From the NCBI GenBank assembly GCA_963667785.2, contig CAXXMU010000002.1, forward strand, positions 512,001 to 576,000: a stretch of DNA of 64,000 bases, given 5' to 3'. The position numbers and the translations under genes are program-made. The DNA is from Alphaproteobacteria bacterium. GTDB lineage: Bacteria > Pseudomonadota > Alphaproteobacteria > UBA828. Below the pieces are notes generated by a model. It made no database searches. It was not told the DNA's origin and saw nothing but the letters and a program-made list of their open reading frames with translations. This document shows, piece after piece, positions 37,141 to 48,100 of the stretch. The number at the start of each line of letters is the position of its first letter. Positions within the stretch are counted from its first letter, which is position 1.

Positions 37141-39072
37141 TCACTCCAGTGCTGGGAGGCGCGCGCGAAGCCGGGCGATCTCGGCGTCGCTCACGTGCGC
37201 CGACCGGTACCAGGAGCGTTCCGACGCGCTCACGATGCGCTGGCGATCCGCCGGCACGTCGGGAACGAAGCCGATCCAGAGCTCGCTCATCTCGTCCGTG
37301 GTCTCCCAGCCCCAGGTCACCGTCTCGGGCTCCAGCGCCGGGTTCTGCGGGTTGTCGGCCGAGTTGTCGTAGCGCATCCAGGCGTCGATGCGGCTGCCCG
37401 CCGGCAGATGGACCGGCTCCTGATAGGCGAAGGTGTTCTGCCAGCGGAAGTCCCAGTCGGCGATGCGGATGAGCGGCGTCTCGCTGCCGTCCGGCAGGGT
37501 CGCGATGGCGACGAACTCGCGGCCGAGAAAATGCATGTGCGGGGTCACGTCGGTCAGCGTCATGCCGGAGGGCACGTTCATCGAGAAGCGCCGCCAGTAG
37601 TTCTCATCGCCCGGTGGAATGCGCAGGTCCTGGGTGCCGATGACCACGCCGTCGACATAGCGGTCGACGGGCTCCTTGGCGAAGTGGAAGCCCACCTCGC
37701 TCCGGTCGGTCGTGGCCTTGCCGTTCAGGTGGTAGTGCACTTCGAGCACCAGGTCCCCGCCCCTGGGCAGCCACATGCCGAGCCCCTGGTCGAGGACGTA
37801 GGGCTCCACGCCTGGCGCCCAGCCGCCGATGCCCCAGGCGTTGTAATCGAGGAACGCCCCGGTACCGAAGACGGAGAACCCCGGCTCCTCGTCCTTCGCG
37901 TCCTCGGCGCGGGCGGCGCCGCTGTAGTCCATGAGGTAGTTGGCGTGATGCACCACCGCGGCATCGCCGGGGCTGAATTCGAGGGCGGTCACCACCTTGT
38001 CTTCGGCGAAGCCGGTGGGGATGACGAAGTAGCGGTAGATGTCCTCGCCGTCCGCCGGCACAGGGAAGGGCTCGGGCATCCGAAGAACCAGGTCGGGCTC
38101 GCCGAGGCGCCATTTCGAGCCGGAGCGCACGGGAACTGGCATGGTGTCGCCGGCATCGCCCAGCCTGGCGCCGCTCTCCGACCAGGATGCCAGGAGCGCG
38201 ATCTGGTGGTCGCTGAGACGGCGCGCGTCGCGGAACGCCCCGAAGCCGGGCGCCGCCCGCCACGGCGGCATGAGTCGCTCGCCGGTCATGAAGGCGGCCA
38301 TCCGGTGCCAGCGCTTCGCGTTGTCGTAGCCTTCGAGGGAGAAGGGGGCGATCCCGCCCTGCCGATGGCACTCGACGCAGTTGGCTTCGAGCAGCGGCGC
38401 GACGTGGCGGTTGTAGGTGACGTCGCCCAGCCCTGCGCCGTTCGTGCCCGGCTCGTCCCAGACGTGATGGAAGCAGCCGATCGCCTCCGTCTCGTAGGGC
38501 TCGGGCTCGCCGCCGCCGGCCAGCGCCTCGATCACGGTGCGCAGGTCGTGCGAGCCGATCCGCGTGCGCAGCCTGCCCACGGCGGCGAAGCGGTCGTCGA
38601 TCCGGCCGCGGTAGACGATGCGGTCGGCGGTGGAGATCGCGAAGGACTCCGCCGTCACGCGCGGGCCGAGGCGGAGCGCAAGATCGCCGGTGCTGTCTAG
38701 AATGACCGGGAAGGAGGCCCCGAATTCGTTGGCGAAGTCCACGCTCTCCTGCCAGGTGATCCTGGGATTCGACAGGATTCCGTAGAGTGACAGGCCGCGC
38801 GCCTCCGCCTCGGCATGGAGCGCGTTGAGCGTGGGCACGTAGCGCGTGGCGACGGGGCAGGCCGTATCGAGGAAAACCAGCACGGCCGGCCGCACCGTGC
38901 CGGCAGAGACGCCGATCCGATGATGGTTGCCGGCGACGTCCGTCACCCGGACGCCGATCAGGTCGACACGGTCGCCTGCGCCCGGCGCTGCAGCCGCGGT
39001 CGTCGCGGATAGCGCCAGCAGGCAACCCAGGGCGAGCAGGACGCGGATTCGCTTCGAGACGACATTCATCAT
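37141..39072 (-). CDS. exported redoxin / c-type heme / copper type II (PHM/DBH-like) monooxygenase multidomain protein
   Basis: Signal peptide, thioredoxin-like CPVA...YRGRIDD...AIGC, CVECH, and Cu ligands VVHHA, VHYH, PHMH and DEM. ATG overlaps the TetR stop. Confidence 0.8.
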   Translation of the reverse strand: MMNVVSKRIRVLLALGCLLALSATTAAAAPGAGDRVDLIGVRVTDVAGNHHRIGVSAGTVRPAVLVFLDTACPVATRYVPTLNALHAEAEARGLSLYGILSNPRITWQESVDFANEFGASFPVILDSTGDLALRLGPRVTAESFAISTADRIVYRGRIDDRFAAVGRLRTRIGSHDLRTVIEALAGGGEPEPYETEAIGCFHHVWDEPGTNGAGLGDVTYNRHVAPLLEANCVECHRQGGIAPFSLEGYDNAKRWHRMAAFMTGERLMPPWRAAPGFGAFRDARRLSDHQIALLASWSESGARLGDAGDTMPVPVRSGSKWRLGEPDLVLRMPEPFPVPADGEDIYRYFVIPTGFAEDKVVTALEFSPGDAAVVHHANYLMDYSGAARAEDAKDEEPGFSVFGTGAFLDYNAWGIGGWAPGVEPYVLDQGLGMWLPRGGDLVLEVHYHLNGKATTDRSEVGFHFAKEPVDRYVDGVVIGTQDLRIPPGDENYWRRFSMNVPSGMTLTDVTPHMHFLGREFVAIATLPDGSETPLIRIADWDFRWQNTFAYQEPVHLPAGSRIDAWMRYDNSADNPQNPALEPETVTWGWETTDEMSELWIGFVPDVPADRQRIVSASERSWYRSAHVSDAEIARLRARLPALE

Positions 39073-39620
39073 GGCCCCAGTCCTTCGAGCAGCGTGCGCA
39101 GCGCCAGGTCGGCCGCGTGCGCGGGTGCGAGCCTCCCCGCGGCCACCTCCGACCAAGCGAGCCAGATCTGCGCGTCGATGTTGGCGGCCGCCCAGCTGCG
39201 CGGCGTGTCGGCGGCGATCACGCCTTCCGCCTTGAGGTCGTCCACCAGCAGGGCGAGCCAGTCGAGTTCGTCTTCGTAGCGCTTGCGCACGCTTTCGTCG
39301 TCGACGGTCTCGGCTGCCAGGAAGTGATAGCGATCGCCGAGCGGCACCACCGCCTCCAGCATGCGCGAGAGGCGCTCCCGCGCCGTCCGTGCGTCCTCGA
39401 GCTCAGCCGCGGTCGCCGCGTCGATCTCGTCCATGCACCGTTGCGAGGCTGCGGCCAGCAGATCGCCGCGGGACGGGAAGTGGCGGTGCAGGCTGGCCCG
39501 GCCGACGCCGGCTCGGGTCGCGATCTCGGAGAGGGACGCGCCCGGATTGCGCGCAAGCGTGTCGATGGCCGCATCGAGAATGGCCTGGCGCATCGGGGGT
39601 CTGAGCGGTCGTTCAGGCAT
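39069..39620 (-). CDS. TetR/AcrR family transcriptional regulator
   Basis: N-terminal HTH SLSEIATRAGVGRASLHRHFPSR. Confidence 0.92.
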   Translation of the reverse strand: MPERPLRPPMRQAILDAAIDTLARNPGASLSEIATRAGVGRASLHRHFPSRGDLLAAASQRCMDEIDAATAAELEDARTARERLSRMLEAVVPLGDRYHFLAAETVDDESVRKRYEDELDWLALLVDDLKAEGVIAADTPRSWAAANIDAQIWLAWSEVAAGRLAPAHAADLALRTLLEGLGP

Positions 39621-39628
39621 GGCCTAGC

Positions 39629-39664
39629 GATACACTACTGTCTCATTCGATACAATACATAATC
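39629..39664. promoter_or_regulatory. putative TetR operator/promoter region
   Basis: GATACA-ctac-TGTCTC near-palindrome (39629-39644) plus a second GATACA half-site at 39649, in an AT-rich patch directly upstream of tetR. Confidence 0.5.
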
Positions 39665-39820
39665 AACAAGCGCTCCGGTTCAAGGCCCCCGGACCCGTCT
39701 CGACGGCGCGATTCCGCGTGACGCCGCTTTCAGGGATCGCCGGTCTTGGTCACCCATTCGCACGGCCGCATGCTAGGATCGCGCGCCTCATTGCCAACCA
39801 CGATCCCGAGTGCCCCTTCC

Positions 39821-41158
39821 ATGGACAGCAGCGACATCAACTACCCCGAGAATCCCAACGACCTCGAAGCCTTCTGGATGCCGTTCACGGCGAACAGGGG
39901 CTACAAGGAGAAGCCGCGCCTGCTCAGCCGCGCGAGCGGCATGCACTACTACACGCCGGGCGGCCGCGAGGTGCTCGACGGCACCGCCGGTCTCTGGTGC
40001 TGCAATGCGGGCCACGGGCACGAGAAGATCGTCGCGGCCATCAAGGCGCAGGCCGAGCGCATGGACTTCGCGCCGACCTTCCAGCTCGGCCACCCTGCCG
40101 CCTTCGAGCTCGCCAACCGTCTCGTCGACCTCGCGCCGGGCGACCTCGACCACGTGTTCTTCACCAACTCGGGCTCGGAATCGGCGGACACCGCGCTGAA
40201 GATCGCGCTGGGCTATCACTACGTGCGGGGCAAGGGCTCGAAGACCCGCCTCATCGGGCGCGAGCGCGGTTACCACGGCACCAACTTCGGCGGCACCTCG
40301 GTGGGCGGCATCGTCAAGAACCGCATGTTCTACGGCGGCCTGCTCTCCGGCGTCGACCACATCCGCCACACCCACGACCTTGAGCACCAGGCCTTCAGCC
40401 GCGGCCAGCCCGAATGGGGCGCGCACCTGGCGGACGACCTCGAGCGGCTGGCGGCGCTGCACGATCCCTCCACCATCGCGGCGGTGATCGTGGAGCCCGT
40501 GGCGGGGTCTACCGGCGTGCTGGTGCCGCCGAGGGGCTACCTGCGCCGCCTACGGGAGATCTGCGACAAGCACGACATCCTGCTCATCTTCGACGAGGTG
40601 ATCACCGGCTTCGGCCGCCTCGGCGCGAACTTCGCGGCGGACCATTTCGACGTGCAGCCGGATATCCTGACCACCGCCAAGGCGCTGACCAACGCCACCG
40701 TGCCGATGGGCGCGGTGTTCTGCCGCAAGAAGATCTACGACGCCTTCATCGAGAACACGGCTAAGGGGATCGAGCTCTTCCACGGCTATACCTATTCCGG
40801 CCATCCGCTCGCGTCCGCCGCGGGGATCGCGACGCTCGATGTCTACCGCGAGGAAGGACTGTTCGAGCGCGCGGCCGAGCTTGCGCCCTACTGGGAGGAC
40901 GCGCTCTGGTCGCTCAGGGGCGGCCACCACGTGATCGACCTGCGCGGTATCGGGATCGTCGCCGGCATCGAGCTTGAGCCGCGTCCGGGCGCGCCGACCG
41001 CGCGCGCCACCGAGGTCTTCCACAAGTGCTTCGACGACGGCGTGCTGATCCGGGTCACGGCCGACACCATCGCGCTCTCGCCGCCGCTCATCGTCGAGAA
41101 GAATCAGATCGACCGCATCTTCGACACCATCGACGGCGCCCTGAAGACGGTCGACTGA
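39821..41158 (+). CDS. omega-amino acid (beta-alanine):pyruvate aminotransferase, class III PLP
   Basis: [41 protein letters not shown] and HGYTYSGHP motifs. Confidence 0.93.
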   Translation: MDSSDINYPENPNDLEAFWMPFTANRGYKEKPRLLSRASGMHYYTPGGREVLDGTAGLWCCNAGHGHEKIVAAIKAQAERMDFAPTFQLGHPAAFELANRLVDLAPGDLDHVFFTNSGSESADTALKIALGYHYVRGKGSKTRLIGRERGYHGTNFGGTSVGGIVKNRMFYGGLLSGVDHIRHTHDLEHQAFSRGQPEWGAHLADDLERLAALHDPSTIAAVIVEPVAGSTGVLVPPRGYLRRLREICDKHDILLIFDEVITGFGRLGANFAADHFDVQPDILTTAKALTNATVPMGAVFCRKKIYDAFIENTAKGIELFHGYTYSGHPLASAAGIATLDVYREEGLFERAAELAPYWEDALWSLRGGHHVIDLRGIGIVAGIELEPRPGAPTARATEVFHKCFDDGVLIRVTADTIALSPPLIVEKNQIDRIFDTIDGALKTVD

Positions 41159-41199
41159 GGGCGCAGGACGGCCGGGCGCACGCGAGCGGGAGCGGCGGG

Positions 41200-42405
41200 A
41201 TGACGAAGGCAAGGGCCTATATCGTCGGCACCCTCGACACCAAGGGCGAGGAGCTGCTTTACCTTCGCGACCTGCTGGAAGGCGCCGGCGTGCCGGCCTG
41301 CGTCGTCGACGTAGGCACGGGCGGGGGCGTGCCGCCGGCCGGTGCGGACGTGAGCGCGTCGGAGGTCGCCGGCCACCATCCGAACGGTGCCGGCGCGGTG
41401 CTGGGCCTGGAGGATCGCGGCCAGGCGGTCGCCGCCATGGGCGAGGCGCTGGCCCGCTTCCTGCCGACATGCGCGGATGTGGGCGGCGTGATCGGGGCAG
41501 GGGGCTCCGGCAACACGGCGCTGGTCTCCCAGGGGATGCGGGCGCTCCCCATCGGGGTACCGCGGGTGCTGGTCTCCACCGTGGCGTCGGGCGACGTCGC
41601 GCCCTATGTCGGCCCCAACGACATCACCATGATGTATTCGGTGGTGGACGTCGCCGGGCTCAACCGCATCTCGCGGGTGGTGCTCGCCAACGCGGCCCAC
41701 GCGCTCGCCGGCATGATGGGCGGCACCGCGCCGGCGGGCGAGGACAAGCCCGCCATCGGGCTGACCATGTTCGGCGTCACCACGCCCTGCGTCGACCAGG
41801 TGCGTGCTGCGCTCGAGGCGCGCTACGACTGCCTCGTGTTCCACGCCACCGGCACCGGCGGCCGCTCGATGGAGAAACTGGTGGACTCCGGCCTCGTGCT
41901 GGGCTGCATCGACAGCACCACCACCGAGGTCTGCGACCTCCTCATGGGCGGCGTCTTCAGCGCGGGCGAGGACAGGCTCGGCGCCTTCGCGCGCACTGGC
42001 CTGCCCTATGTCGGCTCCTGCGGCGCGCTCGACATGGTGAACTTCGGCGCGCGCGACACGGTGCCCGCGCAGTACGAAGGCCGCACCTTCCACATTCACA
42101 ATCCCAATGTCACGCTCATGCGCACCACGGCAGATGAGAACCGGGCCATGGGCGAATGGATCGGGGCGAGGCTCAACGCCTGCGCCGGCCCGGTGCGCTT
42201 CCTGATCCCGGAGCAGGGGGTCTCGCTCATCGACGCGCCGGGGATGCCGTTTCACGACGCGGACGCCGATGCGGCCCTCTTCGAGGCGCTGGAGCGGACG
42301 GTCGAGCAGACCGAGAGCCGCCGCCTGATCCGCCTGCCGCACCACATCAACGACGCCGCGTTCGCCGAGGCTCTCGTCGAGAGCTGGCACGAGATCGCCG
42401 CCTGA
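41200..42405 (+). CDS. Tm-1-like ATP-binding domain protein (UPF0261)
   Basis: [44 protein letters not shown] and GALDMVNF motifs. Confidence 0.92.
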   Translation: MTKARAYIVGTLDTKGEELLYLRDLLEGAGVPACVVDVGTGGGVPPAGADVSASEVAGHHPNGAGAVLGLEDRGQAVAAMGEALARFLPTCADVGGVIGAGGSGNTALVSQGMRALPIGVPRVLVSTVASGDVAPYVGPNDITMMYSVVDVAGLNRISRVVLANAAHALAGMMGGTAPAGEDKPAIGLTMFGVTTPCVDQVRAALEARYDCLVFHATGTGGRSMEKLVDSGLVLGCIDSTTTEVCDLLMGGVFSAGEDRLGAFARTGLPYVGSCGALDMVNFGARDTVPAQYEGRTFHIHNPNVTLMRTTADENRAMGEWIGARLNACAGPVRFLIPEQGVSLIDAPGMPFHDADADAALFEALERTVEQTESRRLIRLPHHINDAAFAEALVESWHEIAA

Positions 42406-42430
42406 GGCCGCAGGCGCAGGGAGACCGACG

Positions 42431-43261
42431 ATGCCGGGCATGGATCGCCGAACCCTCCTCGACAGGTTCCGCGGCATGGTCGCCCGCCGCGAGCCGATCA
42501 TCGGCGGCGGTGCGGGCACGGGCCTCTCGGCCAAGTGCGAGGAGGCCGGCGGCATCGATCTCATCGTGATCTACAATTCGGGCCGTTACCGCATGGCGGG
42601 GCGCGGCTCGCTCGCGGGCCTGCTCGCCTACGGCAACGCCAACGAGATCGTGAAGGAGATGGCGAGCGAGGTGATCCCGGTGGTCCGCCACACGCCGGTG
42701 CTCGCCGGCGTCAACGGGACCGATCCCTTCCTCGTGCTCGACCGCTTCCTCGACGAGCTGCGGGCGCTCGGCTTCGCCGGCGTGCAGAACTTCCCCACGG
42801 TCGGCCTGATCGACGGCGTCTTCCGCGCGAACCTGGAGGAAACCGGCATGGGCTACGGCCTGGAGGTGGACATGATCCGCGCGGCCTGCGAGGCCGACCT
42901 GCTCACCACGCCCTACGTCTTCTCCGAGGCCGACGCGGTGGCGATGACGGAGGCCGGCGCCGACATCGTCGTCTGCCACATGGGGCTGACGACCAGCGGC
43001 AGCATCGGCGCGCAGACCGCGAAGTCGCTGGAGGAGTGCGTGGCGCTGATCGACCGGTGGGCAGAGGCGGCGCTGGCCGTGCGCGACGACGTCATCGTGC
43101 TCTGCCACGGCGGGCCCATCGCCATGCCGGAGGACGCCACCTACGTCCTGCAGAACGCGCAGCACGTGCACGGCTTCTACGGCGCGAGCAGCATGGAGCG
43201 CCTGCCCACCGAGCGCGCCATGACCGCGCAGACCAAGGCGTTCAAGGAAATCAGCTTCTAG
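42431..43261 (+). CDS. phosphoenolpyruvate hydrolase-like TIM-barrel protein (Tm-1 C-terminal homologue)
   Basis: [38 protein letters not shown] and GASSMERLP motifs. Confidence 0.92.
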   Translation: MPGMDRRTLLDRFRGMVARREPIIGGGAGTGLSAKCEEAGGIDLIVIYNSGRYRMAGRGSLAGLLAYGNANEIVKEMASEVIPVVRHTPVLAGVNGTDPFLVLDRFLDELRALGFAGVQNFPTVGLIDGVFRANLEETGMGYGLEVDMIRAACEADLLTTPYVFSEADAVAMTEAGADIVVCHMGLTTSGSIGAQTAKSLEECVALIDRWAEAALAVRDDVIVLCHGGPIAMPEDATYVLQNAQHVHGFYGASSMERLPTERAMTAQTKAFKEISF

Positions 43262-43279
43262 GCGGATGGGGCGGCGCGC

Positions 43280-43952
<673 letters not shown>

Positions 43953-43972
<20 letters not shown>

Positions 43973-44720
43973 GCTCCTCATCCCCGAGATAGGCTCCCTG
44001 CACCTCCTCGTTGGCGCGGATCTCCTCCGGCGTGCCGCTGGCGATGATGCGGCCGTAGACGATGACCGAGATGCGGTCCGCCAGCGCGAAGACCGCGTCC
44101 ATGTCGTGCTCGACCAGCAGGATCGGCGCCTCCGCCCGCAGACCGTCGAGAATCTCGACCAGCTTCTGCGTGTTCTCCGGCCCCATGCCGGCCATGGGCT
44201 CGTCCAGCAGGAACGCCTTGGGCCGGAGCGCGAGCGCGATGGCGATCTCGAGCGCCCGCCGCTCGCCGTGCGAGAGATTGGCCGCGCGGACCCCGGCCCT
44301 GTCGTCCAGCAGGAGGCGCTCGAGATGGGCCATGGCCGGCTCCACCAGCGCTCGGTCGCGCAGCGCCGGCCGGAGGAAGCGGAAGGTGGTTCCGTTCACC
44401 GACTGGACCGCCAGCATGACGTTCTGGAGCGCCGTGAACTCGGGCGCGACGGACGAGACCTGAAACGTTCGCGCCAGCCCGAGCCGGGCGCGCGCCACCA
44501 CGTCGAGCCGGTCGATGACGCGGCCGGCGAAGCGGATGGAGCCCTTGTCCTGCCTGATCTCGCCCGCGATCTGCTTGATCACCGTGGACTTGCCGGCGCC
44601 GTTGGGGCCGATCAACGCGTGAATCTCGCCGGGTCTGAGGTCGAGCGTGACATCGTCGTTGGCGACCACGGCGCCGAAGCGCTTGGAGAGGGCTTCGAGC
44701 GTGAGGATCGGCTCAGGCAT
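43953..44720 (-). CDS. branched-chain-amino-acid-type ABC transporter ATPase (LivG-like)
   Basis: GPNGAGKST, LSHGE, LLDEP, VEHDM and AYLG motifs. Confidence 0.92.
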
Positions 44721-45693
44721 GGCGGGGCTGGCCTGCGAGAATTCCGATCACGCCGCCGCGCGCGAACAGCACGAGCGCGACCAGGACGGCGCCCAGCAGC
44801 AGCAGCCAGTGCTCGCTCACGTCGCCCAGCGTGTGCTCGAGCACGATGTAGAGCGCCGCGCCGGCCGAGGGGCCGAAGAGCCGCCTCACGCCGCCGAGAA
44901 TCACGAACACCATGATCTCGCCGGAGGTGTGCCAGGACAGCATCGACGGGCTGACGAAGCGGTTGAGGTCGGCGTAGAGCGCACCCGCCAGCCCCGCCAT
45001 CATGCCCGAGATCACGAAGGCGGTGAGCTTCACGCGGAACGGGCTGATGCCGACGGTGGCGAGCCGCTGGGCGTTCTGCCGCGCGCCGTTGAGCGCCAGC
45101 CCGAAGCGCGAGCGCGAGAGCAGGAAGGAGAAGGCGATCGCGAATCCCAGAAGCACGTAGCAGACCGCGAAGAAGCTCAGCGGGTCGAGCGTGTTGAGCC
45201 CGGGAAACTCGTTCCTGATGTAGATCGAGAGCCCGTCCTCGCCGCCGTAGGCCGGCCAGGAGATGGCGAAGTAGTAGACCATCTGGGCGAAGGCGAGCGT
45301 GATCATGATGAAGAAGACGCCGCTCGTGCGCAGCGAGAGCGCGCCGATCACCAGCGCGGCGACCCCGCTGACGAGGATCGCCACGCACCAGATGATCGGC
45401 ATGAAGGTGGTGCCCTCGACCGTGAGCGGCCAGGTGAGGAGCGGCTCGTAGTTGAGCGCGTGGCTGGCGAGGATGCCGGCCGCGTAGCCGCCGAGCCCGA
45501 AAAACGCCGCGTGGCCGAGGGACACCATGCCGCCGTAACCCAGCGCGATGTTGAGGCCGGTGCCGGCGAGCGCCAGGATCGCCACCTTGGTCGCGAGCGT
45601 GATGACGAAGGGCTCGTCGAACGTCTGCCCCAGCAGCGGGGCGGCGAGCAGCCCCGCCGCGATCAGGAAGCCGATGACGGTCTCGCGACCCAT
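44713..45693 (-). CDS. ABC transporter permease (LivM-like)
   Basis: GYGGMVSLGHAAFFGLGGY, FIMITLAFAQM and VILGG motifs. Confidence 0.92.
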   Translation of the reverse strand: MGRETVIGFLIAAGLLAAPLLGQTFDEPFVITLATKVAILALAGTGLNIALGYGGMVSLGHAAFFGLGGYAAGILASHALNYEPLLTWPLTVEGTTFMPIIWCVAILVSGVAALVIGALSLRTSGVFFIMITLAFAQMVYYFAISWPAYGGEDGLSIYIRNEFPGLNTLDPLSFFAVCYVLLGFAIAFSFLLSRSRFGLALNGARQNAQRLATVGISPFRVKLTAFVISGMMAGLAGALYADLNRFVSPSMLSWHTSGEIMVFVILGGVRRLFGPSAGAALYIVLEHTLGDVSEHWLLLLGAVLVALVLFARGGVIGILAGQPRHA

Positions 45694-45694
45694 C

Positions 45695-46618
45695 TCAGTG
45701 GCTCCTGCTGCCGAACAGCCCGGTCGGGCGCAGGAAGAGGACCAGCGCCATCAGGATGTAGATGAGCATCGACGCGAGCGCGGAGCCCACGGTGGTGGCG
45801 CTCGACGATTCCATGAAGGTGTCGAAGAGCGCCGGCAGCAGGACGCGCCCGAGCGTGTCCGTGAGGCCCACCAGGAGCGAGCCGACCAGGGCGCCGCCGA
45901 TGGAGCCGAGCCCGCCGATGATGATGACGACGAAGGCGAGGATCAGCACCGGCTCGCCCATCCCCACCTGCACCGACTGGATCGTGCCCACCAGCGCGCC
46001 GGCGAAGCCCGCCAGCGCCGCGCCGAGGGCGAACACGGTGGTGTAGAGCCTGCGGATGTCGACGCCGAGGGCGGCGATCATCTCGCGGTCGGATTCGCCC
46101 GCGCGGATGCGGATGCCGAGGCGGGTCCGCGCGATCAGGAGGAAGAGGCCGCTCGCGATCAGCAGCCCGATCAGGATGATGGCGAAGCGGAAGAGCGGGT
46201 AGTCGATGCCGCCGGGGAGCGCGACCGGCCCCGAGAGCCAGGCGGGAACGCTGAGATAGAGGGGGAAGGAGCCGAACACCCAGCGGGTGCCTTCCGAGAA
46301 GACGAGGATCAGCGCGAAGGTGGCGAGCACCTGGTCGAGGTGGTCCCGGCGGTAGAGCCGCCTGATGACGGCGACCTCGACGATGGCGCCGGCGGCGGCC
46401 GCGGCGGCGAGGCTTGCGACCAGTCCGATCCAGTAGGAGCCGGTCGCGGCCGCGACCGCCGCGCAGGCGAAGGCGCCGATCATGTAGAACGAGCCGTGGG
46501 CGAGGTTGATGAGGCCCATGACGCCGAAGATCAGCGTCAGCCCGGCGGCCATCAGGAACAGCATGACGCCGAACTGCACGCCGTTCAGCAGCTGCTCGAC
46601 GATGAGCGAGACCGTCAA
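45695..46618 (-). CDS. ABC transporter permease (LivH-like)
   Basis: LLNG...GLTLIFGVMGLINLAHG and IIGGLGS motifs. TTG start. Confidence 0.92.
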   Translation of the reverse strand: MTVSLIVEQLLNGVQFGVMLFLMAAGLTLIFGVMGLINLAHGSFYMIGAFACAAVAAATGSYWIGLVASLAAAAAAGAIVEVAVIRRLYRRDHLDQVLATFALILVFSEGTRWVFGSFPLYLSVPAWLSGPVALPGGIDYPLFRFAIILIGLLIASGLFLLIARTRLGIRIRAGESDREMIAALGVDIRRLYTTVFALGAALAGFAGALVGTIQSVQVGMGEPVLILAFVVIIIGGLGSIGGALVGSLLVGLTDTLGRVLLPALFDTFMESSSATTVGSALASMLIYILMALVLFLRPTGLFGSRSH

Positions 46619-46621
46619 GTC

Positions 46622-46838
46622 CTAGTGTCCTGTTTCTGAAGCTCGCATGATTCTGGGTTGGCTGTGCAGTCTACCCGAACCAGCAATTCTTCTCGTCATG
46701 CCCGGACTTGTTCCGGGCATCTCGCACAGCTGGACCTGTCTGACTCTACGCAAACACGTGGATGGCCGGGACAAGCCCGGCCATGACGTGCAGGGGGCAC
46801 CTGGTCAATGTGGTCAAACTTCTCGATCGGGACACGAG
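46622..46838. mobile_element. MITE-like element with imperfect ~22-bp terminal inverted repeats enclosing a full REP-like double hairpin
   Basis: Left CTAGTGTCCTGTTTCTGAAGCT versus right AACTTCTCGATCGGGACACGAG (15/22 complementary). Lower GC than its flanks. Second copy at 33201. Confidence 0.65.
46694..46788. repeat. alphaproteobacterial REP-like palindrome (GTCATGCCCGGACTTGTTCCGGGCATC...GATGGCCGGGACAAGCCCGGCCATGAC)
   Basis: Two internal hairpins whose arms are mutually inverted. Resembles intergenic repeats common in rhizobial genomes (from recall, not searched). Confidence 0.8.
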
Positions 46839-46863
46839 CGTCCTGTCCCGGTGGCCCGAAGCA

Positions 46864-46893
46864 GGGAACGGCCGCGCGGGGCGGCCCGTTCCC
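46864..46893 (-). terminator. GC hairpin downstream of the substrate-binding-protein gene (mRNA stabiliser or partial terminator)
   Basis: GGGAACGGCCGC...GCGGCCCGTTCCC, about 15 nt after the stop. Confidence 0.45.
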
Positions 46894-46907
46894 CCCGCTC
46901 GGGCAGG

Positions 46908-48050
46908 CTACATCGAGCAGTCGTCGATATAGGCGTTGGCATGGTCGGTCATGGCCACGCCGATGATCTTGTTGGTGAAGACGTCGCCTTCCTTGATCAC
47001 CTCGCGGACGTAGATGTCCTGGATCGGATGATGGTTGGAGGCGAAGGCGAAGTCGCCGCGCGTGGAACTGAAGTCGGCCATCCTGAGCGCATCGCGGAAG
47101 GCGCCCGCGTCCGAGACGCTGGCCTTGCCCATGGCCGAGATCAGCAGGTTCGCCGTGTCGAAGCCCTGGCTCGCGTAGAGCGAGGGCAGGCGGCCGTAGG
47201 CGGCCTGGAAGCTGTCGACGAAGGCCTTGTTGGTCGGATTGTCGATGTCCTTGTTCCACTGCGACGTGTTCCTCACGCCCATCGCCGCCTCGCCGACGGC
47301 CTGCAGGATGCCCTGGTCGAAGGAGAAGGCCGGGCCGACGAGCGGGATGTCGACGCCGGCCTGGGCATACTGCTTGAGGAAGGCGATGCCCATGCCGCCG
47401 GGCAGGAAGAAGTACACGCTGTCGGCGCCCGAGGCCCGGATCTGCGCGATCTCGGGTGCGTAGTCGGAGGCGCCCAGCTTGGTGTAGACCTCGTCGGCGA
47501 CGGCGCCCTTATAGAAGCGCTTGTAGCCGGTCAGCATGTCCCGGCCGGCGGGGTAGTTGGGCGCGAGCAGGAAGCTGTTGGCGTAGCCCGCGTCGTTCGC
47601 GTAGCCGCCGGCGGCCTCGGCCAGATTGTCGTTCTGCCAGGCGACGTTGAAGTAGTTCTCGTGGCAGCGCTCGCCGGCGAGCATCGAAGGCCCGGCATTG
47701 GGCGAGAGGTAGAACTTGCCCTGCTGCACCACGGCGGGCACGACGGCGATGGCGAGGTTCGACCAGATGATGCCGGTCAGCACGTCGACCTTGTCGCTCT
47801 GGATCAGCTTGTCGGCGAGCTGGACGGCGATGTCCGGCTTGCGCTGATCGTCTTCCACGATCAGCTCGATGTCGGCGCCGGCCTGCTCGGCTGCGAGCAT
47901 GAATCCGTCGCGCACGTCGATGCCCAGCGCGGCGCCGCCGCCGGTGAGCGTGGTGATCATGCCGACCTTGAGGGTCTCGGCATGGGCGGCGGTGGCAAGC
48001 GTCATCGCCGCAACCGCCGCAATCAGACTCAGGCTGAGTGGCTTTCTCAT
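46908..48050 (-). CDS. ABC transporter substrate-binding protein (Leu/Ile/Val-binding fold)
   Basis: Signal peptide MRKPLSLSLIAAVAAMTLATAAHA, EDDQRKP, GIIWSN, PNYPAG and FLPGGMG motifs. Confidence 0.92.
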   Translation of the reverse strand: MRKPLSLSLIAAVAAMTLATAAHAETLKVGMITTLTGGGAALGIDVRDGFMLAAEQAGADIELIVEDDQRKPDIAVQLADKLIQSDKVDVLTGIIWSNLAIAVVPAVVQQGKFYLSPNAGPSMLAGERCHENYFNVAWQNDNLAEAAGGYANDAGYANSFLLAPNYPAGRDMLTGYKRFYKGAVADEVYTKLGASDYAPEIAQIRASGADSVYFFLPGGMGIAFLKQYAQAGVDIPLVGPAFSFDQGILQAVGEAAMGVRNTSQWNKDIDNPTNKAFVDSFQAAYGRLPSLYASQGFDTANLLISAMGKASVSDAGAFRDALRMADFSSTRGDFAFASNHHPIQDIYVREVIKEGDVFTNKIIGVAMTDHANAYIDDCSM

Positions 48051-48100
48051 GGCTCTCGGTCTCCCGTGGTGTCTTTCGTTCCGTCTCCTAAAACGAGCTG

